Shown piece by piece: positions 37,466 through 49,203 of a DNA stretch of 64,000 bases. Position 1 is the stretch's first letter; each line of letters starts with the position of its first letter. The DNA is taken from assembly GCF_018977255.1 (NCBI RefSeq), contig NW_024704743.1, forward strand, positions 30,382,001 to 30,446,000, in the 5' to 3' direction. This DNA comes from Callorhinchus milii (taxonomy: Eukaryota). Position numbers and translations under genes: made by a program. The notes beneath the pieces are model-generated. The model was not told the DNA's origin. It worked only from the letters and a program-made list of their open reading frames with translations, and did no database searches.

Positions 37466-38334
37466 AATCAAGGGGGTGCCAAGCCCTGGTGAACCCTGTG
37501 TCCATGAATCTGAACTCTGGATAATGCCTTCCAGCCTCTGTCATCTGAAGTTTCAGAGTTTTCTCACTCACTATTCGATAGATATATGCCTTCAGCATAA
37601 TAGAAGGGCCTTTACAGGAGAGCATGTTATGTGCAAGCCATCTTAATGTTCTCGAGGTCCATTAGAATGATTGCTTTCAGGGTCCAAAACAGCATTCTCG
37701 CAAAAAGGGAATCCAAGACGCTGACTCGAAGCATTTGCAGTCGAACTTTGAAACTTGCATTCGTCCGAAATTGTAGGTGAGTGGGGGAGGTCAAAACATG
37801 TTTTAATGATGTTGTTTAAATAAAGAAGAGAATGAGTTCAGGAATAACCATAATTTTAACTACTTACATTCAACCTCTGGTTATGCCATCCACCTACGTC
37901 TCCTGCGTGAACAATGCGAAAACAGCCACGGTGTTGAAGGTAGAGTTAGTTTGAATTACAGCAGGCATGTTGTGATCTTCCACCCAACCAGAGGGAAGGA
38001 GCAGAGAGCCACTGTAATTTTATCAATGTCTGTGATAGTGAATGACTTGCTAACAGTTTCATACATGAGTTCATAAAGGGATGAAAGGGGGCTCCATGCC
38101 AACAAAGAATTTCTGGACCCAAGCCCAAACATGACCATTTACAATACTTTATTAAATGGTGATGTGGTTGAGTGCAAAACAAGGGAGTAATATTACAGAT
38201 GGTGCTGGACAGATCAAGACCGTGTAGCTTGATATTTCCCTCCCAAGAATGAGTACGGCAGTGAGAACCTACTTTTAAAGTTTAAAATAGAATTACAGTT
38301 GTTTCATTTGCTACGTACAGTAATTCCAAACCTT

Positions 38335-38708
38335 ATAACAACAAAATTACATTTGTATAGCGTCTTTCACATCGGGAGGATGTCCCAAGGCGCTGGACAA
38401 TTAGTGTTTCAGACCCGAGCTGGGGATCAGGATCGGGGAAGGTGGAGGGCAGGGGGAGAAGGAGGGTGACCGAAGGTACGGTCGAAGAGGAGGGTCTTGA
38501 GACAGGTCTTGAAGGAAGCAAGGGAAGGGGCGAGGCGGAGGGACTGCGGAATGTAGTTCCAGAGTGTGGGGGCAGAGGCTGAAGGCCCGCCCAATGATGG
38601 GGCGGGTGAGGCGGAGAAAATGAAGCAGGCCAGTGCTCGCTGAGGGGAGGGAGCGGACAGGTTGGTGGGGGGTTAGGAGGTCGCAGAGCTAGGGAGGAGC
38701 AAGGCCAT
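38335..38708 (-). mobile_element. L2 3' fragment
   Basis: Colinear with 27727-28105. Confidence 0.9.
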
Positions 38709-39049
38709 TTTATGATAAAGCTGGATTCTGCAATTCTTGCTAAGAGTCTTTTGTGCTTTAAAGCTGCTGATCAGAGGCAGTCGTGATTCAAACACTTTGT
38801 CTTCCTTGCTTATTTATGCAATGACACTCAGTGGGTTGAATGCCTCCCTCCTGTGTTGTAGATTACTAAGGTACGATTTTTCTCTCCTACTTTTCTGGAG
38901 ACATATGACTCATTCTTCCACCAATTGAGTAGTATTCTCAGTCTAATTCGGTTGATATCACTCTTGACACTGCGTGAAAAGTTTGTGGGTACCAGGTCAA
39001 TGTTGGGAATTTTAGTTCATATTTTATGCTGACACTCGAATTCAATGTT

Positions 39050-39480
39050 GGGAGGAGTGCTGCATTGTTGGGCATGCCGTTCTTTGGATAACCAGGAAAG
39101 CTATTAGAGGCCAGGACACTAGACTCATTTAAAAAGCAGTGCGATGCAGTGATGGTGGAATAGTAGCCTAGGGGTTCTGGAGGGATGATATCGGATAGGT
39201 TGAAGGGCCTTCTTCATTCAGACCAAACGTGTGATCTTGTGAGATGTTAGACTGAGGTCCTGTCTTCTCTTTCAGGTGAATGTTAAATATCCCATGACAC
39301 TATTTGAACAGGGAAGGTAGTGAATGGTCATTCACTTCTTGGCAAATGATGGGATACGACTGTATGCAGAACTGGTTGCTTTGCTTACCTGTAAGTACAC
39401 AGTCACAAGCCTTTACAGAAAAACTCTGATATGCTTTGAGAAATTTTGACAAGATGAGGTGCTATATCAAATCAATTGTT
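39050..39480 (+). mobile_element. Deu-domain SINE interrupted by a CR1 3' end (~39090-39242)
   Basis: GAGTGCTGCATTGTTG...TTTGGATA resumes as GAGATGTTAGACTGAGG...TTCAGGTGAATGTTAAA. Confidence 0.6.
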
Positions 39481-39700
39481 CATTCTTCATGTGTGAGCTT
39501 TGACAGTGAGTGCTGACAAACTATTTGAATATGGGGAAAAGGGCATCGCAACTGAAGACTGATCCCGTCCTCTCCCAATGTCTACTTACTCATTCAAGCA
39601 GGGGTCTCTGAGTGGTAATCAGAAGCAGGAATCATGGCTGATTTATTTCTCTATAGTCCAGCTATAAGGCCAAATGTAACTGGTCTGACTCTCAACCTGA
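39478..39700 (-). mobile_element. Old SINE-like family B
   Basis: CATTCTTCATGTGTGAGCTTTGACAGTGAGTG is the reverse complement of the 10030-10275 junction sequence. Confidence 0.6.
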
Positions 39701-39839
39701 TCTTAATCCTTTTTTAAAGGAGCATTAAAGAGTAATATATAAAGAATACTATAATCCATCATAGACCTAATTTGACCTGTCTGAGCTCATTTGACACACA
39801 ACTCAACCACGATCAATTGTAAATAATTAAATAACAAAT

Positions 39840-40248
39840 AAATCTTGTAATTGATATAGTGTTGAGACGTCTCAAGAGTTTAGAGAGTTTTCTATGCATT
39901 TATCGTTAAACATGGCAGCCAATTTACACAACGCGAAGTTCCACAAAACAGCCATGAAGTGAATAATCAATTTTATCTGAAGGAAGGTTGGCCAGGACAG
40001 TCAAGAAAAACTCCCTTTGCTTTTTAATAATGTCATGAGATCTGTAACACCCACCAAATATGAACTACAGGTAGATACGATCTGGGTTTAACTCTCACCC
40101 AAAAGGACGGCATCCTTGACATTGTGGCATTTTCTTATCACTGCTCTGATGTGTCAGTGCAGACTATGAGCTCAAAGTCCTGACATAGGGCTTGAGCCCA
40201 CAATCTTCTCACGCAGATGCCAGAATGGTATCAACTGAGCCAGGCTGC
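39840..40248 (-). mobile_element. Deu-domain SINE, near full length
   Basis: Head CAACTGAGCCAGGCTG, Deu-like body and tail. Confidence 0.7.
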
Positions 40249-40458
40249 AAGAACTACCTTGCGCACCTTTTGATGCTTTGCACTTTCCTTTAGTATCTCT
40301 GCTGAAGACCTGGTGATCTATTTTTCATACAGCATACTGCATATTCCTCTCCCCCCCTATTCCATTTGTGTTATCATTATTTGCAGCATCACTAAACAAA
40401 AAACACAGTACATTAAACCCTGTGAAATGTTTTGAGGTATCCTCCTTTCATGAAAGGC

Positions 40459-41435
40459 AACAACAACAACTTGCACTTATACAGCGCCCTCCACACAGGG
40501 TAGCATCTCAGAACGCTTAACAGTAGTGGAGCCTGACTCTGAGTTGGTGGTGGGGGGGGGTTGGCTGGGAGGTGGCTGTAAGCACAGTCGAAGGGGAAGG
40601 TTTTCAGGCAGGACTTCAAAAGGGGAGAGATGGGGCAAGGCGAAGGGATTGAGGGAGAGTGTTCCAGTGGCTGATAGTGGCTGAAAGCGCGACTTCCAAT
40701 GGTGGGGCAGAAGGTGTGAGGGACGCGCAGGAGGCTGGTTCCAGTCGAGAGGAGGCATCGGGTAGTGGATTGGGGATTGAGGGGTTGGAGAGGTAGGGAG
40801 GTGCCAGAGAGTTAAGGGGTTTGAACATGAGTGTGAGAATCTTGAAGTCGTTCTGTTCAGTGATGCGGAGCCAGTGGAGCCTGGCCAGAACTGGTGAGAT
40901 GTGGGTACGGAGTTTGGTTCAGGTCAGTATGCGGGCGGCAGAGTTCTGAATGAGCTGAAACTTTTGAATAGTGGAGCTGGTGAGACTGGCGAGGAGTGCA
41001 TTTGAGTAACCCAGGCGGGAGGTGACAAACGCATGCACAAGGGTTTCAGCTGCATTTGGGGTAAGGTATGATCGGAGGCGGGCAATGTGGGGGAGGTGGA
41101 AGAAGGCGGTCCTAGTCAGGGACCGGATATGGGGGAGGAAGGACAACTGGGGGTCCAACCGGACACATAGATTGCGCACTGGTTCGGTGAGTGTGAGGGA
41201 AAGCCCAGGGAGGTTGAGGAGTTTAGATCGCAAGAGTGAAGACGTTGACGGGAACCAAGGAGTATGGCTTCCGTCTTGTCCACATTCAGCTGCAGGAAGT
41301 TTGCACTCATCCAGGCCCAGATATTTGCCAGACAAGCTGATAGAACATCGGTGGACCTGGAGTTGGTACTGGAGGAGGCAAAGTAGATTTGTGTGTTATT
41401 CGCATACATGTAGAAGTCTGTGGATGACATTGCCA
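40459..41435 (-). mobile_element. L2 LINE, 5'-truncated, same subfamily as 4580-5617
   Basis: FYMYANNTQIY, WMSANFLQLNVDKTEAI, AETLVHAFVTSRL; (CAA)n tail. Confidence 0.9.
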
Positions 41436-42187
41436 AGACACTATACTATATGCAAGTATTATTATTATTATTATTCCATCTTCTATCTCATAACAAAGAG
41501 AAACTGGAATAATTAAAGGACATTTGACTCAGATGAACCCATAGCTCATGCATGACCAGATCGGTGGCTCTCATTGCTCTGCAGCCAATCTACCCTCAGG
41601 ATTCCAATACTTCCATCCAAACCCCTCATTGTGTAATTAACCGCAGATGGTATTCACTCTCTCTCTCCCATTTCCTTTCTCAAACAGATATTGATTCAGT
41701 TTCCTTTTAAATACATCAATTGACCCAGAATCAATCACTTTATCAGGGAGCCGCATTTCCATATATCTATTAATCCTTTGTAAACTAAAGTACAACTCTG
41801 AATTGCCCTGTGAATTCATGCTCACGCCCCCCACCGCCCCCAGATTCCCATAGACGAAGCCAAGCCACCCACAGCATTCCAAATAACTTACATCTTTCCT
41901 CGTTCTACTCCTTAGCAACACCAAACCTACAAAGTATGCAATCATTTCATTTTACAGTATATTCTGTGAAGGGCGTTGTGATGTCTCAAAGATGTGATAA
42001 GGTGCTATATCAAATGCAAGGATAAGAATTAAATCCAGTTACCCAAGTCTTCACGTACATTGGTCTCTTAAGACCCATATGATCCATCCATTTACTTCAT
42101 CGCTTCGAGATGCGACACCATGTGAAGGGCCCTATGCAAAAGGTTCTTGTTGTTGTGCTATTGTTCTGAATCCTTCTCAATAATATA

Positions 42188-42365
42188 ACAACAACAACAA
42201 CAACTCCACAAGGGTGGAGCGGAGGACTCGGGGGATGAGGTGGAGGCCAACCCGGAGGAACGAAAGCAACGGGTACTGTTTTGAGGAGAGAGGTCAGAGA
42301 GGTAGGGGGGTGCAGAGGAGTGCAGAAACTTGAATACAAGGGTGAGGATCTTGAAATCGATCCTC
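42188..42365 (-). mobile_element. L2 fragment
   Basis: ERIDFKILTLVFK on the minus strand; (CAA)n at the left end. Confidence 0.7.
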
Positions 42366-42369
42366 TCTA

Positions 42370-42449
42370 TAATATATAAATTATATTTATTTATAAATAT
42401 ATATTTATATATATTATATATATAAATTATATAATCTATAAATCTATAA
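42370..42449. repeat. AT-rich low-complexity tract
   Basis: Almost pure A/T (TATA-type) run. Confidence 0.85.
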
Positions 42450-42567
42450 GTCCTTTTCAAGGTGTGGTGACTTTACAATGTGCATAGTGCAAAGAGAATA
42501 GGGGAGATACAAGGTGACTTACAGAGTTACAAAGCAAAGAAGGGGTTGAAAAACACTTCTCAATATA

Positions 42568-42908
42568 CAACAACAACAACAAGATTACATTGGTATAGCG
42601 TCTTTCATGTCGAGAGGACATCCCAAGGCGCTGGACAGTGTACAGCATTTCAGACCTGAGCTGGGGTTAGGGGTGGAGAAGGGAGGGGAGGGTAAGGGGG
42701 GTGGCCGATGGCATGGTCGAAGAGGAGGGTCTTGAGGCGGGATTTGAAGGAGGCTAAGAAGGGGGTGAGGGGGAGTGATGGGGGGTGGAATTCCAGAGGT
42801 TGGGGGCAGAGTGGCTGAAGGCTCTCCCGCCAATGGTGGGGCGGGTGGGTCGGGGGACGTGGAGCAGGCCAGAGCTGCTGAGCGGATGGAATGGGCGGGT
42901 TGGTAGAG
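42568..42908 (-). mobile_element. L2 3' fragment
   Basis: (CAA)n tail and stem-loop; GLLHVPRPTRPTIGGRAFS. Confidence 0.9.
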
Positions 42909-42923
42909 ACAAAAGTATAGTGG

Positions 42924-43060
42924 ACAAAAGGCAAATTACTGCAGATGCTGGAAATCTGAAATAAAAACAGAAGTCGCTGGGAACACTAAGCCGGTCAGGT
43001 AGCATCTATGGAGAGAGGAAAGTGAGTTAATGTTTCAGGTCAATGACCTTGCATCAGAAC
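42924..43060 (-). mobile_element. Penelope-like element 3' end with decayed minimal hammerhead
   Basis: Reverse complement GTTCTGATGCAAGGTCATTGACCTGAAACATTAACT...CAGATTTCCAGCATCTGCAG. Confidence 0.65.
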
Positions 43061-43669
43061 GGTCCTTTAATGTCCTTTAAATATTATTTAATTATTATTT
43101 AATTATTCCAGTTTCTTTTTGTTGTAAGATAGTCAACACGGTTCCCAGCTGTCAAAAGGGAGCACTGACAAAAACATTTTGAAAGTTTTTTTNCTGGAAA
43201 AAAAGACCCTCAGTTTAGTGTGGTCACCACTGGGTTTAGTGCCTAGTATTGTGGTGTTACCAATTTATTTATTTCTACAATAGAACAAACTACATTAAAT
43301 TGAAATTAATACAATGGGTTTTGTATTTCGGAATTATGTGCAATAGGGTTCCTTCAGATTAATTACTCATTCACCTCACTGCTGTTTTTACTGGTAAATA
43401 GCTGCCACATTTGTCTATAAACTAAAACAGTCTCTAAATTGATATTTACTGGTGAAGGCTTTTGAAAACTTTCAATGTGAATGAGGCTCTCTCAAAATGC
43501 AAGTTCTTTCTTTATTGCAGTTACATTTTAAATAAATTATACAACAATTATTCACTGTAAATTTGAGACCATTATCTCATTAAAAATATTAATCCTACCC
43601 TTGCCATCACATCGCAAAACAACACAATTTGGACACAACACAACACATCTCTTTTCCCAGCTGCTGTCT

Positions 43670-44026
43670 CAGGCTCATTAACCACTTTAGACCTTAAATA
43701 CAGCTCCCATCTTTTCTTGCCTCCCCCTCCTCCTCTTCTATAACCATTCACACATCCTCTGGGTCTCAGACATATCTTTTTTTTCTATAATCTCCCACTA
43801 TTACCTTTTTTCTTGCACCACCAAAACCTCTTGTCAGCAACTGTCCTCCATCTAATTTTTTCCTTTGCCTTTCCCTGCCCCCTCCTCTGTTTGTCCTTAT
43901 AAACTGCTGCCTTCCAACATCCCCCAGTTCTGACAAAAGGTCATCGACCTGAAACATTAACTCACTTTCCACTCTCCATAGATGCTGCCTGACCTGCTGA
44001 GTGTCCCCAGTGACTGCTGTTTTTAT
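43670..44026 (+). mobile_element. Penelope-like element 3' region with decayed minimal hammerhead
   Basis: Pyrimidine-rich UTR then AGTTCTGACAAAAGGTCATCGACCTGAAACATTAACT (43926-43962); inverted match to 42960-43060. Confidence 0.65.
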
Positions 44027-44583
44027 AACACAATTTAGAACACCACCTCAGAAACACTAGGTGGTAAATAGGATTCATATGGATTAGCTGCTCAACTCCT
44101 CATCTGTTAACACACTTAGCAATTTAGGAAACATTTGCATCTGTTGTTTAGCTATCCAATTTTTGTTAAACATTACAATGTGTTTGTATATTTCACATAA
44201 TTTCCAGTGTGTGTATATTGGCGACTAATGCTGTGAAATGTTACCAATGTATTTTATTATACTAAACCAGACATTTTATTACAATCTTAGATTGTTTTTT
44301 TCTGATTGTCAGCATGGCAAGCCTAACTTTAAATTATTGGGATGGCAGGGTTCATTGATCCAGTTCTGCACGTTTAAAACTGTGGGGTAAAATTCTGCAA
44401 CCACACAGAATAATGAGGTGAAATTTGTTATGTTTCAGTACATAGTCAATAATAATAAATAATAATCCTTACATTTTACAAAGCATCTTTTACGTCAAAA
44501 GGACATCTCAAAACATTCACAAGATTTACTGTAAACTGCCGTGATGGTGTAGATTGTAAGCACATGTAGTGTAACTTATACTA

Positions 44584-44897
44584 GTGGAGTCCTGTAGCTC
44601 AGTGGTTAGTGCACTCACTTTGCGAGCGACAGACCTGAGTTCAATTCCAGGCAGGGCAAAACCTTGGGCAGTTTCCTTACTCCACACGTCTAATAATAAT
44701 CCCTCCAAAACAAAACAATAATAAATTGGTCATTTTCAATCTACGATTGTTTGTGAGACACTGCTGTGCGCAATTGGCTGCGGCGTTCGCCCACAAATAT
44801 ACAGTCAATTCACTTTACAGTATATCTGTGAAGCGCTTTGGGACGTCCTCCCGACGTGAAAAGCGCTATATCAAATGCAAGGATTATTATTATTATT
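44584..44897 (+). mobile_element. SINE-A short form, young, full length
   Basis: A/B boxes, CpG-intact tail GGGACGTCCTCCCGACGTGAAAAGCGC, (TTA)n. Confidence 0.95.
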
Positions 44898-45089
44898 TTA
44901 TTTCTAATTTAGCAGTGTTCCTGAATTGTTGGCAGAGTTACAAAACATCCCTCCCTTACTTCAACACATTGGATGTGACCTTTTTGGTATCCTGTTTCAG
45001 CTGTACTCAAATATCGATCCGTGTGATCAGGATAGTCTGGGCACTGAGAATGTGTGAAGGCTGTGAGGGAAGAGGGGAATCAACTTGGC

Positions 45090-45845
45090 CCTTTCTTGTG
45101 TTTTATAATGCATTTGAATTGATCACAACGTATTATGAATCACCACACATTTTACCTCACTGTGTGTCATATCAGGCACTCAACCGTAAAAAGGTCATTG
45201 AAGCATTGAAGACAGTGCAGAGCAGAGAAGCAAGGATAATTCCAAGTTTTAGATGTCTAACTTATAAGGAATAGCTCAGTTAAAAGAAAACAACTTGCAT
45301 TTACATAGCGCCCTTAATGCAGGGTAGTGTCCCGGAGCGCTAGACAATGGCGAAGTCTGACAAGCATGGTCCAGGTTTTACATAGATGTTCAGGCTAAGA
45401 AAAGACCTAACATACTAATGAAAACTATCTTTTAATTAATCCGTTTTAATGAAAAAGCCTGCTGCTTTTATTATTCCACATATGACAGAGCCTCAACGGA
45501 AATGTGAACCAGCTATCGAATACAGTCCATGAGAGCAAAACCAGAGGCCCAAGGTTTACGGTGGCAGCTAGACATTAGAAGAAATATATTTCCCACAGAG
45601 AATGGATGTGTAGAGCAGCCTCCCAACAAAAGCAGCTGATGGTGTATCAATTAACTCTCTCAGAAAAGAATTGGATAAGTATCTTCATGAGAACTGCATT
45701 AATAATCCTTGCATTTGATATAGCACTTTTCATATCTTCGAGACATCTCAAAGTGCTTCACAGATTATACTGTAAAGTGAATTGATTGTATATTTGTGGG
45801 CGAAACAAGGAGAATATTGGAGGATATATTGGATTGAAGGATTTA
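45090..45845 (+). mobile_element. CR1 3' portion interrupted by an L2 tail (~45288-45365) and a SINE-A tail (~45700-45808)
   Basis: IEALKTVQSREARIIPSFRCLTYKE (CR1 LE.VQRRA motif) followed by downstream CR1-like segments. Confidence 0.7.
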
Positions 45846-46039
45846 TCTTCCAATTATATTGAATCTTATTGGAGGATAAATGAGGATGTAGGGATACATG
45901 CAGAGTGAAACAAAGCCAAATATTCTATTAAGATACAATAATTCCTGGAGTGTTTGATGGAGCGAGGGTGGGGGTGAATGGAAGGAAAGTGTGAAGGAAG
46001 GAAGCCAAATAAAGGTAGGGCCAGGAAGAATAGAAGCAT

Positions 46040-46305
46040 AGACATTTATCATAGGAAGAAGGCCATTCGGCCCATTGTGTCTTTGCTGGCTCTTTTAAAG
46101 AGCAATCCTGTTTGCCTGCCCTTTCCATGTAGTTTTCTGCTTTTTATGTATTTATCTAGTTGCCTTTTTAGGCATTTATCTAGTTCCCTTTTGAAAGCCA
46201 ATATGGATTCTGCCTCAAACAAGACATTCCATAACTACTCTGTACATAAAAGATTTCTCCTAACCTCCCCATTTGCCATTTGCTAAACAATCTTAAATTG
46301 ATGCT
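46040..46305 (-). mobile_element. CR1 3' fragment
   Basis: AGAAGGCCATTCGGCCCA 3' motif; TTATCTAGTTCCCTTTTGAAAG. Confidence 0.7.
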
Positions 46306-48204
46306 TTTGTATGTTCTTAAAACACTTAAACAGGATAAATGATATCAACAATTAACAGATTAACATTTGCAATGGAAATTATGAAGGTATGACTGCAACA
46401 AGCACACACTTAAACAAAATAAATAATGACTGAAGGGGCTTCAAGCAAAACATGCAGAAACATTGTTAAAAATGGGAAGTTATGAGCCAGTATTTGTTCT
46501 ATTCTGTACTCAGCAGTAAGCATCCTTAAATATAGTTTACCATCTTACCCAGAAATGGGTCTATAAATACAGTACTGAATTAACCACCAGCATTTTTGAA
46601 TGAATCATTCTAATCCTCAGCGCCAATTCTTCATGATATCCTAGTCAGGCCACATGCATTTGTTTCTGATTGTGTCATTTGGTCTCTGTGTGCTAACATT
46701 GTAGGTGATGTAATTCATCAGCACAGGCAGCATCTTAAAGTGACACTATATTCTTTAAGGATCTAGCGTCTGCTGTAGGTTGGAGGTCCAGCATTCCTAT
46801 AAACTGATATGTAATGCAACTTTGACCCTGGATAAACTATAGTTAGTGGCTTTGCAGATGTTGAAGGCATTCTGCCAAGTGCAGAGTTGGTCAGCTAAAA
46901 ATGCCTCATTATTCTTCTTTTGTAAATCTAGCTCTAATTGGGATAAAACGACCAAAAGTTAGATTTCAGTTTTAATGTTGCATTGCCCCAGATTAATATT
47001 CACAAATAATTAGAATTATACTTGGGTTATGTTTTCACATGTTCTGTCTGACGTCTGGCACTTTGCCCATGTGGCCACTCTTGATGTGTGAGCCCACACA
47101 GTGAATATTGAGTATTAGTGTCAAGAAGACCATACCTGTACCCAACCAACATCCAGAAGTAGCCATTGGATGGTTACCAGAAAACCTGGCTAATTTTTCT
47201 AATCCATTCAAACTCTCGTCCAACAAAATCCAATTGACAATCCTAGCCTATTTTTTGCTGCAACGACTTACCAATGTTTTATATAATAATAATCCTTGCA
47301 TTAAACTGAGAGGAAAGTACTGCAAACACTGAAACGGCTCAGAGCTTGGCATCTCAAATGTTAAATCATTTCAGATCAGCAAGAGGAAGGTGGGAATCCA
47401 GTTAACAGGGGGATACACTATGTAAAATTTTGTTTTAACTTTCAAATTCATGAGAAAAAGAAAAACTTTACTTTTAAGTTGGAGTTATGCATGAAGGATG
47501 AGGACTTTGACTGCAATCATTATCCCTTGCTGTCATTGATAGAAACTGGCTGTGCAACTCTAGATAGACAGATCAGAGCAGGCAACCTGAATTTAGGTTC
47601 TGCCAGCTAGTGTGTTGTGTGACAATTCAGCCACAGCAGCATTTGAAGTAGACTTCAAGTTTCCTTGAGTTTGGGTATTTGCCATCTCAGGGGAGATCTG
47701 GTAGACATTCTTTTCTGTGCCAGGTCAAGGAGAGTATCTAGTTTGTGACAAGTTCAGTCACTCGTCTTAAGTTAGCTTGCACAGCTTTGTCGCAGCTTGT
47801 TATTTAGCAGCTTGAGCTAGTCGGCACATGATCTCACATTTCAGACATGCCACTTGTGACAGAATTCTAAATTCGGGCCACACCAGTTCAGATAGTTTCC
47901 TGAATTTCTGACATGCCAGTCTGTGCTGCACCTCTCAAGTCTACGATCACAGTCTAAAGATGGTATTCCATCATTCTGAACTAGAACCTCTGCAGCCTCA
48001 GCTTTGTTTGCCCCAATTTCCTCTCTCCTACAGTAAAATGTTCAGACATTTGTTGAAATCCTGTTCATGTGTACTTTCTGTCGACGTCCTCCCGACGTGA
48101 AAGGCGCTCTATAAATGAAATCTTGTTGTTGTTGCCTACCTAGAGAGCTCAAACCTTACGAATGTCAATTGACCAGTAATTAACCTCCTTGTGGGGAAGG
48201 TTAA

Positions 48205-48531
48205 TGATAATAATAATAATAATAATAATCCTTGCATTTGATATAGCGCTTTTCACGTCGGAAGGACGTCCCAAAGCGCTTCACAGAACACACTGTAAAG
48301 TGAATTGACTGTAAATTTGTGGGCGAACGCGGCACCCAACTGCGCACAGCAATGTCCCACAAACAGTCGTAGATTGAAAATGACCAATTTTATTATTGTT
48401 TTTGGTTTTGGAGGGATTATTATTAGGCGTGTGGAGTAAGGAAACTTGCCCAAGGTTTCGCCCTGCCTGGAATTGAACTCAGGTTTCTCGCTTGCAAAGC
48501 GAGTGCTCTAACCACTGAGCTACAGGACTCC
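48205..48531 (-). mobile_element. SINE-A short form, young, full length
   Basis: Near-identical to the reverse complement of 52771-53093. Confidence 0.95.
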
Positions 48532-48780
48532 TAATAATCCTTGTATTTGATATAGTGTCTTATCATGTCTTCGAGACATCTCAAAGAGCTTCACAGGATA
48601 TCCTGCAAAGTGAATTGACCATATTTTGTGGGCGAAACACACCTGCCAATTGCGCACAGCGGTGTCCCACAAACTGGTCGTGGATTGGAGAAGATAAATT
48701 ATTGTTTTTTTTGAAGGAATTATTACCCCCGGAAAGGCAATCTGCCAATCAACAAACAACCAATTCCTACCTACCGCAAA
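48532..48780 (-). mobile_element. SINE-A long form, 5'-truncated
   Basis: Tail abuts the head of the young copy; contains TTACCCCCGGAAAG long-form segment. Confidence 0.85.
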
Positions 48781-49203
48781 ATCTCTTTGAGGCTGAATTG
48801 TTTCCAAGGCAAGGTACCTAGCAATGGAATAACAGAATCAAGTCGATCCTTTGTGGAGATCTCAGTAGTCTGGTTTGCATGTCAGGCGGATCCGCGAGTA
48901 CACCAAGGCCTCGTTGATGAGAGACCAGCCAGCCAGGCTTGTCGGCAGGACTTGGAGAGGCAGTCATTGTGGCTGGGATTCTTCCCACTTGGATTATGTT
49001 AACCGTACAAGCCAAAGTGTGGATGGGTAGGGTGGTCCTAAATAGCGGAAAGCCTGCCAGACTGTATTCTTAATTGTAAGAATATAGCTGGTTAAATTCC
49101 AATACTGTAGTACTCCAAAACACACTTTGCATTCGACAACCAGCATTCAATACTTTCCAGAATCAGGTAAGCAGGGTACATCCCTCTAGGGAGAAAGTAC
49201 ACT
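48780..49203 (+). mobile_element. CCHC non-LTR family 3' end
   Basis: Aligns with 24127-24420, then with the reverse complement of 23564-23670. Confidence 0.7.

Noticed and set aside
43193..43193. Single N base
   Set aside because: Assembly ambiguity next to a poly-T run; not biological.
44584..44660. tRNA-Ala gene
   Set aside because: It has A/B boxes and an anticodon arm but no proper acceptor stem or terminator, and continues into the SINE body in many copies.
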